From positions 1-32,661 of the forward strand of contig CAYIBG010000002.1 of assembly GCA_964361365.1 (NCBI GenBank): a stretch of 32,661 nucleotides of DNA, in the 5' to 3' direction. Source of the DNA: an uncultured Ignavibacteriaceae bacterium. Lineage in GTDB: Bacteria > Bacteroidota > Ignavibacteria > UBA10030. The position numbers and the translations under genes were made by a program. Position 1 is the stretch's first letter. Each line of letters opens with the position of its first letter. The notes under the pieces were generated by a model, which was given only the letters and a program-made list of their open reading frames with translations, did not search any database and had not been told where the DNA came from. Shown here piece after piece: positions 9,562 through 18,600 of the stretch.

Positions 9562-10637
9562 CGGACGACATTCGTTTGATGAAAGGAAATGAAGCTTTAG
9601 CAGAAGCCGCGCTTCGGGCCGGGATGCATGCGTACTTTGGCTATCCTATCACGCCTCAATCTGAGATCCTCGAATACCTTGCAGTCCATGGTTCGAAGCG
9701 CGGCGCTGTTGTCCTTCAGGCGGAAAGCGAGTTGGCGGCGATCAATATGGTGTACGGGGCGGCGGGTGCGGGAGCGCGGGTCATGATCACATCATCCAGC
9801 CCCGGTATCAGCCTGATGCAGGAGGGTATTTCGTACATGGCGTCGGCGGAAATTCCGTTTCTGATTGCCAACGTGCAGCGCGGGGGCCCCGGGCTGGGGA
9901 CCATCCAGCCTTCACAGGCAGACTATTTTCAGGCAACAAAAGGCGGGGGTCACGGAGATTACCGGCTTCTGGTTCTCGCGCCTTCTTCCGTCCAGGAGAT
10001 GGCCGATTTCGCATTCTTAGGATTTCGACTGGCAGAGGAATATCGCATTGGTGCCATGATTCTCACCGACGGCGCATTGGGGCAGATGATGGAAAAACTC
10101 GTCTTGCCGCCGGATGGCTCCCTGCGCCAAACGGAAAAACCCTGGGCGACGACGGGGAAACCGGTTTTCCGCGAAAGAAACATTCTCACGTCCTTGTTTA
10201 TTCAGCCGGAAAAAATGGAAGAAGTGAACCTGAAGCTCCAGGCAAAATACCGACGTCTTCACGAGGAAGTGCGATTCGAGACGTTCGGCCTCGACGACGC
10301 AGAGATTGTTCTGGTTGCGTTTGGGCTGAGTGCGCGCATTTCCCAGAAAGCGATGGAATTGGCGCGTGAGCGCGGTATCCGGGTTGGCCTTGTCCGGCCG
10401 ATCACGCTTTATCCCTTCCCGACTGCTATTCTTGCCCAAGTTGCGTTGACAACAGAAGCTTTTCTTGTCGTCGAAATGAACGCCGGCCAAATGCTGGAGG
10501 ATGTGGAACTGGCTGTCCGCGGTATGAAGCCTGTGTTCTTTAAGGGAAGGATGGGAGGCATGCTGCCGTCTCCCGAAGAAGTGTTGAAGGAAATCGAGAC
10601 TCTTGCGTCGAAAGTGGCTGTCGAGGTGCGCAACTAA
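9558..10637 (+). CDS. 2-oxoacid:ferredoxin oxidoreductase alpha subunit (size fits the 2-oxoglutarate/Kor-Oor type)
   Basis: 359 aa. KorA/OorA-like N-terminus (GNEALAEAALRAG...YFGYPITPQSEI, ESELAAINMVYGAA). Confidence 0.9.
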   Translation: MTDDIRLMKGNEALAEAALRAGMHAYFGYPITPQSEILEYLAVHGSKRGAVVLQAESELAAINMVYGAAGAGARVMITSSSPGISLMQEGISYMASAEIPFLIANVQRGGPGLGTIQPSQADYFQATKGGGHGDYRLLVLAPSSVQEMADFAFLGFRLAEEYRIGAMILTDGALGQMMEKLVLPPDGSLRQTEKPWATTGKPVFRERNILTSLFIQPEKMEEVNLKLQAKYRRLHEEVRFETFGLDDAEIVLVAFGLSARISQKAMELARERGIRVGLVRPITLYPFPTAILAQVALTTEAFLVVEMNAGQMLEDVELAVRGMKPVFFKGRMGGMLPSPEEVLKEIETLASKVAVEVRN

Positions 10638-10651
10638 TCGAGGGAAAACCT

Positions 10652-11425
10652 GTGGAAATCAAACCGACAAACGGATTCGAAGAGGTGTTTTCCAAGACGA
10701 AAGTCCTGACGGACGTTCCGATGCACTACTGCCCAGGCTGCGGTCACGGCGTAGTTCATCGGTTGCTCATGGAAGTCGTCGATGAGATGGGGATCCAGGA
10801 CAAGACGGTCGGTGTTGCACCGGTCGGGTGCTCTGTGTTCGCCTACCAATACCTGAACGTGGATATGCAGGAAGCAGCTCACGGAAGAGCGACGGCTGTG
10901 GCCACCGGAATCAAGCGTGTGCTTCCGGACCGGTACGTCTTCACGTACCAGGGCGACGGCGACCTTGCCGCTATCGGGACGGGGGAGACGTTCCACACAG
11001 TGAATCGCGGTGAAAACATTCTCATGGTGTTCATCAACAACGGCGTCTACGGAATGACCGGCGGACAAATGGCTCCCACAACACTTCCGGGAATGAAGAC
11101 GACAACATCACCGTTTGGCAGGGATGTGTCAACGATGGGATACCCCCTGAAGATTACGGAACTTCTCGCGCAACTGCCCGGAGCCTACTATGTGACACGG
11201 CACGCGGTGCACACGCCCACGGCCGTGCGGAAACTGAAGAAATCACTTCGCTTGGCATTTGAGTTTCAGGAAACAAAAAAAGGAACGTGCTTCATTGAAG
11301 TTGTGTCCAACTGTCCTTCCGGGTGGAAGATGACGCCGCAGGAGTCCAATAAGTGGATGGAAGAGAACATGTTTCCGTATTTCCCGCTGGGCGATTTGAA
11401 GATTCCCACCGACCGGCGCAATTGA
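10652..11425 (+). CDS. 2-oxoacid:ferredoxin oxidoreductase beta subunit (TPP-binding)
   Basis: 257 aa with a GTG start. Motifs CPGCGHG and the TPP motif GDGDLAAIG...NNGVYGMTGGQ. Confidence 0.9.
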   Translation: MEIKPTNGFEEVFSKTKVLTDVPMHYCPGCGHGVVHRLLMEVVDEMGIQDKTVGVAPVGCSVFAYQYLNVDMQEAAHGRATAVATGIKRVLPDRYVFTYQGDGDLAAIGTGETFHTVNRGENILMVFINNGVYGMTGGQMAPTTLPGMKTTTSPFGRDVSTMGYPLKITELLAQLPGAYYVTRHAVHTPTAVRKLKKSLRLAFEFQETKKGTCFIEVVSNCPSGWKMTPQESNKWMEENMFPYFPLGDLKIPTDRRN

Positions 11426-11455
11426 TGAGAGATTTCCTCATGATATCAAGGTGAA

Positions 11456-11857
11456 ATGATGTTCATCCTCCTGCTGGTTGTCAGTTTTCTCATATCGGTC
11501 GTCGTTTGCTTTGTCGTTGCAAGAGTGTTCCAGAAGCCTGTCGCCAGCATTCTTCAACGGTTGATCTCGGAAGAAGTTCACACAGCATGGGTCAAATATC
11601 TGAAGTTTGCGGTCTATGTCGTCGGTATCTCAGGGGGAGTCAGGGTGTGGGACCTCCAAAAATACATCACTCCAAAAACAGAAGGTGGAGCCATCCTCGA
11701 GCTGACACAGGATCGATGGATACTTGAGATCTACTGGACAATCATCGGGACGCTCCAAAGCATCGCCTGGATGCTTCTGGTTTTCTTTGCCTTCGCGCTG
11801 ATTGCATATGTCGTGGTCAAGGGACAAGAACTTAAACGCCAACCAAGAACTCGATAG
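11456..11857 (+). CDS. Hypothetical membrane protein inserted between the beta and gamma genes
   Basis: 133 aa with about three hydrophobic helices. No family recognised. Confidence 0.5.
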   Translation: MMFILLLVVSFLISVVVCFVVARVFQKPVASILQRLISEEVHTAWVKYLKFAVYVVGISGGVRVWDLQKYITPKTEGGAILELTQDRWILEIYWTIIGTLQSIAWMLLVFFAFALIAYVVVKGQELKRQPRTR

Positions 11858-11861
11858 TCCA

Positions 11862-12179
11862 GTGGAAGTCTACTCTCGCAAAATATCATCAGAAGAAGCA
11901 AAAGAGAGCTACGTCCTTGTTTTCAAAGACAATCTTTCTTTTTTCCCGACAGCCGGCAGGACATTTGAACTTCAACAGGGCGCGGCGCAGAAGCGTGTAA
12001 AAGTAGAGTCGTATCGTTGCACATGCCGCGGGCCGGAATCGCCGCACGAACATTATTTCATTCCATGGAAAGGAATGAAGGCCGGCGACACGGTCATCAT
12101 CAGGAAGGATCCAAAAAAAGCGGCTGGCTACACCCTGCAACTGAGGAGTTCTGAAGGCCAGGCAGAGTTATGCGGTTGA
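11862..12179 (+). CDS. Hypothetical protein inserted between the beta and gamma genes
   Basis: The ORF frame is open from TTG 11802, which overlaps the previous gene. The first non-overlapping start is GTG 11862 (VEVYSRK...). No family recognised. Confidence 0.4.
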   Translation: MEVYSRKISSEEAKESYVLVFKDNLSFFPTAGRTFELQQGAAQKRVKVESYRCTCRGPESPHEHYFIPWKGMKAGDTVIIRKDPKKAAGYTLQLRSSEGQAELCG

Positions 12180-12189
12180 GGAGGGAACA

Positions 12190-12756
12190 ATGAGTTCAGC
12201 TCACGAAATAATCATAGCAGGTTTTGGCGGCCAGGGAGTGCTTTCGATGGGCCAAATCCTGAGTTACGCAGCCATGGTGGAAGGTAAAGAAGTGAGCTGG
12301 ATGCCTTCGTACGGCCCGGAGATGCGGGGTGGCACTGCGAATTGCATCGTCATTGTTTCGGACCAGCGCATCAGTTCCCCCATTGTGACTACGTTCGATT
12401 CGGCAATTATCCTGAACCAGCCGTCGATGGACAAGTTTTTGCCGCACATCAAGCCGGGCGGGTTGCTCGTGTATGAGAAGTCGACGATCATCAAGACGCC
12501 GGATCGTTCGGATATCGAGATTTTGCCCGTCGCAGGGATCATGGAAGCCCAGGCACTCACGAGCAAACAAGTCGCGAACGTTGTGATGCTTGGCGCTTTT
12601 CTCGAGCGGCGGCCCCTCGTAGACCCTGAGAACATTGTGAAAGCTCTTCGAAAAGTGTTGCCGGCACACAGGCTTCAACTGTTGCCGCTGAATGAACAGG
12701 CTCTCAAACGGGGAAAAGAGCTGGCTCAACAGCACACCGAGTCCTTGATGGCTTAA
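12190..12756 (+). CDS. 2-oxoacid:ferredoxin oxidoreductase gamma subunit
   Basis: 188 aa with a GAGGAGGG RBS. Gamma-subunit pattern IIIAGFGGQGVLSMGQIL...SYGPEMRGGTANC. Confidence 0.9.
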   Translation: MSSAHEIIIAGFGGQGVLSMGQILSYAAMVEGKEVSWMPSYGPEMRGGTANCIVIVSDQRISSPIVTTFDSAIILNQPSMDKFLPHIKPGGLLVYEKSTIIKTPDRSDIEILPVAGIMEAQALTSKQVANVVMLGAFLERRPLVDPENIVKALRKVLPAHRLQLLPLNEQALKRGKELAQQHTESLMA

Positions 12757-12757
12757 G

Positions 12758-13051
12758 ATGAAGAATCAGAAAGGAAGGCCTATGAATCTCGAAAGTTTCA
12801 GGTGCGACCATGCCTGCAGAAACACATGTGCGACCCTTAGTGAGGCGCTCCGTACGGAGACCAAGCTTGTCGAGTTTTACGAACAGATCATGGCAGAGTG
12901 TGATTATCCGGAGATAAGCCGGTTTGTACGTGAACTCGTTGAAGAGCGCCGGAAGTCCATTCTTCGCATCGTGCAAAAGCTCAACGAGATGTATGCGCGG
13001 GGCGAGATCATGGACGGCGTGGGAGCGAGTTTCGACCCCGCAAAACGCTGA
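12758..13051 (+). CDS. Hypothetical helical protein, tightly coupled to the gamma subunit
   Basis: 97 aa. The ATG lies 1 nt after the gamma stop. Cys-rich N-terminus (CDHACRNTC) followed by a helical, ferritin/rubrerythrin-like-looking segment. Weak call. Confidence 0.4.
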   Translation: MKNQKGRPMNLESFRCDHACRNTCATLSEALRTETKLVEFYEQIMAECDYPEISRFVRELVEERRKSILRIVQKLNEMYARGEIMDGVGASFDPAKR

Positions 13052-13254
13052 CCTGCAAACCTCTTCAGATCTGCGGGGCAGGTTTATCCGCGAAGCCATT
13101 ACGCCACTTTCCCAGTTCTGCAAACCATTCCTATCGTCAAGAACGAATTTCAGACAATTCGGTGCAAAACCTCAGAAAATGGCGTTTTTTCACATGGCAC
13201 ACTGTTGGCTAAGAAGGGATCCGATTTGAGTCTTTTCCTTACGGGAGACTTGAA

Positions 13255-13749
13255 ATGAGAAGAATCAAAAAAATCCTGGTTCCGACCGATCTTTCGGAGC
13301 TTTCTTTGGCAGCGATCGACTATGCACGTTCTCTGGCAACCGTCTACGGGGCGAGGGTATTCCTGCTTCATGCTGTCGACGTCGTACCAGTGGTTTCCTT
13401 TCCGACGATCGATTTCACGCTCGAAACGTCCTTGCAGGACGAGACTGAACGGGGAAAGGAGATCCTCGAGAATTTTGCTTCGCGCTTCCTGGGCGACGTT
13501 GACCAAGTCACAGCCGTGGTGCGGCGCGGTTTCGCCTATGAAGAAATCATGAGGTTTGTGGACGAGGAGGAGATTGACCTGATCGTGATGGCAACGCATG
13601 GCCGAACGGGTTTACCGCACATTATTATGGGGAGTGTGGCGGAAAAGGTTGTCCGTCATTCTCCTGTTCCCGTTTTGACGATAAAACCTCCGAAGGTGCA
13701 AGAACAATCCCGGGAACGAGAGCATCCTGCCGTGCTTCACATGCAATGA
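13255..13749 (+). CDS. Universal stress protein (UspA family)
   Basis: 164 aa with the Usp pattern KKILVPTDLSE...DLIVMATHGRTGL..IIMGSVAEKVVRHSPVPVLT. Confidence 0.85.
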   Translation: MRRIKKILVPTDLSELSLAAIDYARSLATVYGARVFLLHAVDVVPVVSFPTIDFTLETSLQDETERGKEILENFASRFLGDVDQVTAVVRRGFAYEEIMRFVDEEEIDLIVMATHGRTGLPHIIMGSVAEKVVRHSPVPVLTIKPPKVQEQSREREHPAVLHMQ

Positions 13750-13773
13750 AGTTTTCACAACGAACGATGAGCC

Positions 13774-14214
13774 ATGAGCATTTTTTTCAGTAAGCAATGC
13801 GAGTACGCCCTGCAGGCAGTTTTGTATCTTGCCTTAAAACCTGCAGGGGAGATGACCTCCATAAAAGACCTCGCAGCGAGTCTCGCGATTCCATACCATT
13901 TCGTCGCGAAGATCCTGCAGGATCTCACACATAAAGGTTTGTTGGCTTCGCAGAAAGGGCCGAATGGCGGGTTCACCCTGGCGATAGAGCCGAAAGAGAT
14001 AACGCTCCTCCATATTGTGGAAGCGATTGATGGAGTCGCATTCACTAACGGATGCGTGCTCGGATTTTCTGAGTGTTCCGGGAAGAACCCTTGTGCCGTC
14101 CACAACCAATGGGGGGAGTTGAGAGAGACCATTTATAGCATGCTCGTAAACAAGAATATGGGTGAGATGGCAAGGGACATGAAGAAACCAGAGTACAACC
14201 TGGCGGCAAGTTAA
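13774..14214 (+). CDS. Rrf2 family transcriptional regulator (three-Cys, Fe-S-type)
   Basis: 146 aa. Rrf2 winged-helix N-terminus (CEYALQAVLYLA) and a Cys triad C-x7-C-x5-C (CVLGFSECSGKNPC). Confidence 0.85.
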   Translation: MSIFFSKQCEYALQAVLYLALKPAGEMTSIKDLAASLAIPYHFVAKILQDLTHKGLLASQKGPNGGFTLAIEPKEITLLHIVEAIDGVAFTNGCVLGFSECSGKNPCAVHNQWGELRETIYSMLVNKNMGEMARDMKKPEYNLAAS

Positions 14215-14239
14215 ACGGTTTTTTTTGGGAATAATTCGG

Positions 14240-15106
14240 ATGAATTTATCTGATTCCTTGCCGGCGCAACAGAAAAAATGGCAAGGGAAGAGTGTAGGGG
14301 AACAGTACCAAGCTATGGCCCTCAAGATTGACGAATCAGAAAAAACTGAGCTCCGGGTGGCCGAATTCTACGACGGTCTTGCTCCTGATTACGATCTCAT
14401 GACAGGGTTTGACAAGAGGTTTGTGCAGGAACGGCCATTCTTCCGGGTTCTCATTGAGAAGTACAAAATCCGGACAGCACTGGACGCCGGGTGCGGCACC
14501 GGGCTTCACTCACTTCTGCTTGCCCGGCTTGGAGTGGACGTCACGGGGGTAGATATTTCCGAGGCTATGATCAAAAAGGTGGATGATCATGCAAAGCACC
14601 TTCAGCTCAAAGTGAAGGTGTTCAAAGAAAGTTTTCGGAACCTGTCTTCAACGCTGAAGGAGCGTTACGACCTGGTGCTTTCAATGGGTAATTCTCTCGC
14701 CCACATTCTCAGCGAAAAAGAAATGGAGGACGTCCTGCGTGGGTTCCGGCATCTTCTGAAATCAAAAGGACTTCTTTACCTTCAAATCCTGAATTATGAG
14801 AAGATCTTGCACATACGAGAACGAATCCAGAGCACAAAAGAAACTTCGGACAAAACCTTTGTTCGATCTTATGACTACGGCGAGAATGAACTGTCATTCA
14901 ATGTCCTCACGCGCACAAAATCGGACGGAGCTTCGAAAGAGTCCGTGAGAACAGTGAGGCTTCACCCGTGGGTACGTCCAGGGCTGTTGAACCTTCTGAA
15001 AAAGGCGGGTTTCGAAAGTATCGCCGTCTACGGAGGGATTACCCTGCAGGCATTCGACGCAAAGACCTCTCAAGATCTCGTGGTGCTCGCCACGTCTCGG
15101 GAGTAG
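14240..15106 (+). CDS. Class I SAM-dependent methyltransferase
   Basis: Motif I is LDAGCGTGLHS, with post-I acidic DVTGVDISE. ATG 14240 is preferred over the track TTG at 14225. Confidence 0.8.
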   Translation: MNLSDSLPAQQKKWQGKSVGEQYQAMALKIDESEKTELRVAEFYDGLAPDYDLMTGFDKRFVQERPFFRVLIEKYKIRTALDAGCGTGLHSLLLARLGVDVTGVDISEAMIKKVDDHAKHLQLKVKVFKESFRNLSSTLKERYDLVLSMGNSLAHILSEKEMEDVLRGFRHLLKSKGLLYLQILNYEKILHIRERIQSTKETSDKTFVRSYDYGENELSFNVLTRTKSDGASKESVRTVRLHPWVRPGLLNLLKKAGFESIAVYGGITLQAFDAKTSQDLVVLATSRE

Positions 15107-15121
15107 AACGAAAAAAAGTGC

Positions 15122-15150
15122 TTGACATGAAATGAACCAGGGATTATATT
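15122..15150 (+). promoter_or_regulatory. Candidate promoter for the second Rrf2 gene and possibly the downstream NXR-like genes
   Basis: TTGACA (15122-15127), an exact 17-nt spacer, then TATATT (15145-15150). The same bases plus TG (15145-15152, TATATTTG) also fit the FCB-group TAnnTTTG element. Confidence 0.45.
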
Positions 15151-15178
15151 TGGATAACCAGGTCTACTTATCTAAATA
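15147..15178. promoter_or_regulatory. Palindromic candidate operator overlapping the -10 element (possible Rrf2 autoregulation site)
   Basis: TATTTGGATAA (15147-15157), a 10-nt spacer, then TTATCTAAATA (15168-15178). 10 of 11 positions are complementary. It ends 2 nt before the GTG start at 15181. Confidence 0.35.
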
Positions 15179-15180
15179 CT

Positions 15181-15627
15181 GTGTCCCTTATCTTTAGTAA
15201 ATCCTGCGAGTACGCACTGCAGGCCTCTCTGTTTCTGGCCAAGCAGCCGAAGGATGAGTTCGTCCTCCTCCGCGAGATCTCAGACAAACTCGATATTCCT
15301 CATCACTTTCTCAGCAAAGTTCTTCAAACGCTCACACGCGCAGATTTCGTGACGTCGTACAAAGGCGCCAAGGGCGGCTTTACGCTTGCCCGGCCGTCGA
15401 AGGATATTTACCTCATGGAAATTGTCCGTGCCATGGACGGCGACAAGTTCCTGGAAGAGTGTGTCCTTGGTTTTCCCGGTTGCAGTGACAGGACTCCCTG
15501 TCCAGTACATCCCCAATGGAAGCGTGCAAAAGAAATTGTCATGAACATGCTTCAGAAAAAAACGCTTGCAGGGCTCAGCAAGGAGCTCGAACCAAAACTT
15601 GACCTTATAGCGCAACTCTCCGCTTGA
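15181..15627 (+). CDS. Rrf2 family transcriptional regulator (three-Cys, Fe-S-type), paralogue of 13774-14214
   Basis: 148 aa with a GTG start. CEYALQASLFLA helix-turn-helix region and Cys triad CVLGFPGCSDRTPC. Lies 59 nt upstream of the molybdoenzyme alpha gene. Confidence 0.85.
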   Translation: MSLIFSKSCEYALQASLFLAKQPKDEFVLLREISDKLDIPHHFLSKVLQTLTRADFVTSYKGAKGGFTLARPSKDIYLMEIVRAMDGDKFLEECVLGFPGCSDRTPCPVHPQWKRAKEIVMNMLQKKTLAGLSKELEPKLDLIAQLSA

Positions 15628-15686
15628 AGAGTTGTCGGCTGTCGCACGGGTCCCTCTGATCCAGAACCTTACAGAAGGAAAGAGCC

Positions 15687-18600
15687 ATGGATAAAATCAA
15701 CCGACGAAATTTTCTCGAGAAATCCGGCAAAGGATTTGTTGGTGGAGCTCTTTTGGGGAGTATGTTCGACCTCCACTTGCTTCAGTTTACTCAAGAAGTG
15801 GACAACCCCCTCGCCTTTTACCCAAATCGAGATTGGGAGAAAGTCTATCGCGACCAGTATCACTATGATCGATCATTCACCTACATCTGCGCTCCGAATG
15901 ATACTCATAATTGCCGGCTGCGAGCATTTGTCCGCAACGGCATCGTCGTGCGGATTGAACAGAATTATGATGCCACGGCCGTTTCAGACATTTACGGAAA
16001 CACAATCCCCCCTTCATGGAATCCACGCGGTTGTTCGAAAGGTTTTACCTACGTTCGCCGAATGTATGGGCCGTACCGTGTAAAATATCCGATGATCAGA
16101 AAGGGATGGAAAGAGTGGGCGGATGGCGGATTTCCAACAGATTCAAAAGGCGTTCCCGACCAGAAATACTTTTTGCGTGGCGAGGACAGTTGGATCAAGA
16201 TAAACTGGGATGACATCTCGACGTACGCAGCGAAAGGCTTGTTGCATGTGATGAAAAAGTATCAAGGAGAGCAAGGGGCCGAAAAGCTGAAAATACAGGG
16301 CTATCCTGAGGAGATGATTGAAGCGATGCACGGGAGCGGTGCACAAGTGCTTAAGATTCGTCCCGGCATGTCGATTCATGGCATTCTTCGCATTCAGGCG
16401 CTGAAGCGATTCGCGAACATGCTCGCATTGCACGACGAGGAAGAAGCAAAGAAGCACCATCGCGACCCGTACGGCGCCCGCTCATGGACGAATTACGATT
16501 GGCATGGTGACTTACCGCCCGGTCACCCGATGGTCACCGGCATTCAAACCCACGACGATGACCACAACAACTTCCGTCACGCCAGACTTTTCATTATGCA
16601 GGGCGTGAACTTTGTCGAAAACAAGATGTCGGACGCCCATTGGTGGATTGAAACCATGGAGCGCGGTGGAAAGATTGTGGTCATAGCCCCGGAGTACGGC
16701 CCTTCCGCGCAAAAAGCCGACTATTGGATTCCCGTTCGGCCGGGAACCGATCCGGCACTGCAGTTGGGCGTTACAAATGTTTTGTTTAAAGAAAAACTGT
16801 ACGACGCACCCTTCGTCAAACGATTCACCGATATGCCTCTCCTGGTTCGCATGGACACCCTGAAACTTCTTCGTGCGTCAGACATTTTCAAAGATTACAA
16901 GAATCAGGAGCTGAAGGGCTATAGTGTTCAAGTGCAAAAGATAGACCCCGAGGCCCGAGAGCGATGGGGCGACTTTGTTGTGTGGGACTCCAAGTCAAAG
17001 AAAACTGTTGCCGTGACAAGAGAGGATGTTGGAAAATATATTGACGAAATGAAGATTGATCCAGCTCTCGAGGGGACTTTTTCCGTGAAAGACATGAAGG
17101 GAAGACAAATCAAAGTTAAATCCGTCTTTCAACTCTATAAAGAGCTTTGCGCTGAATACGACCTGGATGCAACCCATGAGATCACTGGTTCCCCGAAAGA
17201 ACTTATCGTTCGTCTTGCGCGAGATCTTGGAAGCATCAGGCCAGCGGCGGTACACACCGGAGAAGGCGTGAACCACTACTTCCATTGCGATCTGACGACG
17301 CGAGGAACGTTCCTATGGATGGCCCTTACGGGCAATATCGGCAAACCGGGTTCGGGAGTTGGACACTGGGCAGGGAATTACAAGTTTTGCGTGTTCGATG
17401 GTCTTGCGAAATTTAATGGTGAAGATCCATTTAACATGAATCTTGACCCAAACGCAAACGGGAAGGATGTCAAGAGCAAGAAGTACTACAAGCCCGAGAA
17501 TCCGGCGTACTGGAATTACGAGGATCTTCCACTCATTGTGCAAACACAAGAAGGTCGCAAGGTCTTTACCGGGAAAACGCATATGCCCACACCGACGAAA
17601 GTGCAGTGGACTGCGAATGTGAATCTGCTGAACAACGCCAAGTGGGCATACAACATGGCAAAGAATGTGGACCCAAAGGTCGAGATGATCGTGGTCAATG
17701 AGATGGAATGGACTGGGAGCTGTGAGTTTGCTGATATCGTGTTACCCGTGGAGTGTTGGGCAGAACTCACGCTTCCCGATATGACTGCCTCATGCTCGAA
17801 TCCGTTTTTGCAGGCGTGGAAGGGGGGCGTGAAGCCAATTTTCGATAATCGCAACGACGCCTTGATCATGGCAGGAGTTGCTGCGAAGCTTGCCGAGTTG
17901 ACCGGCGATCAGCGCTACCGGGATTATTTCAAATTCATTTTAGAAGGAAAACCAGAGGTATACCTCCAGCGCGTCCTTGATGCCGGCACTACTACCGATG
18001 GCTACAAGATCGATGAACTACTCAAGAAAGATGCTGCGGTGTTGATGATGTTCCGAACCTATCCACGTATTCCAGGCTGGGAGCAAATCAATGAATCGAA
18101 ACCGTTCTATAACAAAACGGGGCGGATTGAATTTTACCGCGAAGAGGACGAGTTCATCGAATACGGCGAAAATCTCATTGTTCACCGCGAACCTGTCGAA
18201 GCGACGCCGTATCTTCCCAACGTCATCGTGGCATCTCATCCAGCGATCCGTCCACACAATTATGATCTTCCTCAGAACCATCCCGGCGCAGATGAGCGCT
18301 CCGTCAATAACGTGAAGATGCCCTGGAGGAAAGTGAAGCAGACACGCAGCTTCCTTTGGCAGCAGGGTTACCGATTCTGGTGCCTCACACCGAAATCACG
18401 GCACACAAATCACTCCTCCTGGGCTGTGACGGATTGGAATTTTATCTGGAACAACAACTTTGGCGACCCGTACCGGGCAGACAAGCGAATGCCCGGTGTG
18501 GGTGAGCATCAAGTCCAGATGAATCCCGATGATGCGAAAGAGCTTGGCATCAACGACGGCGATTATGTCTATGTCGATGCAAATCCTGCGGACCGACCAT

